This document shows, piece after piece, positions 63,001 through 64,000 of a DNA stretch of 64,000 nucleotides. Source of the DNA: an uncultured Clostridia bacterium (GTDB lineage: Bacteria; Bacillota; Clostridia; Christensenellales; CAG-917). The stretch's first letter is position 1. The number at the start of each line of letters is the position of its first letter. Below the pieces are notes generated by a model. It searched no databases. It was not told where the DNA came from and was given only the letters and a program-made list of their open reading frames with translations. A program made the position numbers and the translations under genes. The stretch spans positions 10,723-74,722 of the forward strand of contig CANPWB010000003.1 of assembly GCA_947581925.1 (NCBI GenBank), in the 5' to 3' direction.

Positions 63001-64000
63001 ATGCGCTATTTTGGGACGGACGGTATAAGGGATAGGGCGGACGCGCTCGTCTCGAACAATATCCCTTATCTTTTGGGGAAAGCTCTTGGCGTGACGTGCG
63101 GCAAAGTCATTGTCGCGCGGGACGTGCGAGCAAGCTCGCCTACGGTGGAGCGGGGGCTCGTGGCGGGACTGCTTGACGGCGACGCGGAGATATATCTTGC
63201 GGGAGTACTTCCGACTCCCGCGCTCGCGTACATTGCGGGGGCGTACGACGCGCGCTTTGCCGTTATGATAACGGCGTCCCATAATCCGCCCGAATTCAAC
63301 GGGCTCAAAGTTTTTTCGCGCAGAGGGGGAAAGCTATCCCTGCGCGAGGAGGAGGCGTTGGACTGCGCCCTCGCCGCGCTTGCAAAAAATATGCCCATAC
63401 GCGAGGACGCCCTCGAGGCGCTTGCCGCTGACGTCTGCGAAAATCTCAAACCCTTGCCTCCGCACAGGGTGCGCATACTGCACAATGCGGAAGAGGAGTA
63501 TCTTGCGCACGTGACCGCTATGTTTCCGCGTTTTGACGGCGAAAACGTCACGCTCGACCCCGCGTACGGCTGTATGTCGGGCATAGCGAGGCGCGCTTTT
63601 GAGGCGCTGGGCGCAAAAGTTTCGACGATAAACGACGAGCGCGACGGGGCAAAAGTCAACGTAGGGTGCGGCTCCACGCACATAGGCGCCCTTCTTTCCG
63701 CCACGCCCGACGGCTCCATAGGTTTTGCCTTTGACGGAGACGGCGACCGCGTTATCGCCGCCGTGGAGGGCAGGGAATACGACGGCGACGCCATTTTGCT
63801 CGCGCTGTCCACGCTGTATCGTATCAAAGGCAAGCTCCGCAAAAAGATAGTGGTCGGCACCGAGCTTACAAACAGCAGACTGCAACGCGAGCTCTCCTCT
63901 CAAAATATCGCGCTCATGCGTACGCCCGTCGGGGACAAGTATGTGCGGGACGCGTTGCTCGAAAACGACTGCCCGCTCGGCGGCGAAAAGAGCGGACATA
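63001..64000 (+). CDS. glmM: Phosphoglucosamine mutase (runs off the window end)
   Basis: Not in the ORF track. MRYFGTDGIR..PTPALAY..MITASHNPPEFNGLK..AFDGDGDR..VGDKYV..GGEKSGH. Confidence 0.9.
   Translation, partial: MRYFGTDGIRDRADALVSNNIPYLLGKALGVTCGKVIVARDVRASSPTVERGLVAGLLDGDAEIYLAGVLPTPALAYIAGAYDARFAVMITASHNPPEFNGLKVFSRRGGKLSLREEEALDCALAALAKNMPIREDALEALAADVCENLKPLPPHRVRILHNAEEEYLAHVTAMFPRFDGENVTLDPAYGCMSGIARRAFEALGAKVSTINDERDGAKVNVGCGSTHIGALLSATPDGSIGFAFDGDGDRVIAAVEGREYDGDAILLALSTLYRIKGKLRKKIVVGTELTNSRLQRELSSQNIALMRTPVGDKYVRDALLENDCPLGGEKSGH

Overview
This window is the replication-origin region of a spore-forming Clostridia-class (Bacillota) chromosome; the taxon is inferred from gene content (sigA, yyaC, trmK, Bacillus-type parS). 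The origin gene order is shuffled: dnaA is divergent from recF, followed by parB-parA-rsmG, mtnN, a 2.5-kb AT-rich non-coding block with three parS sites and DnaA boxes (likely oriC), then gyrB-gyrA. The rest holds housekeeping and metabolic genes: dnaG-sigA-trmK operon, csoR-copA-copZ-dut, trxB, pdxK, three glycosidases, tRNA-Arg(CCT), dapB and glmM. The main signals are: (1) two tandem promoter-driven ~200-nt structured RNAs with extensive compensatory base changes and an SD-sequestering terminator/antiterminator, upstream of a SLOG-family gene; (2) a TIR-5TM-LRR protein with predicted Toll-like-receptor topology plus a soluble TIR-LRR protein; (3) about ten copies of a modular, nested intergenic repeat that mostly starts just after stop codons; (4) apparently leaderless dnaA, recF, parA and rsmG mRNAs; (5) a 3.3-kb cassette flanked by a duplicated gene 3' end. 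All calls come from reading the sequence by eye, with no database searches.
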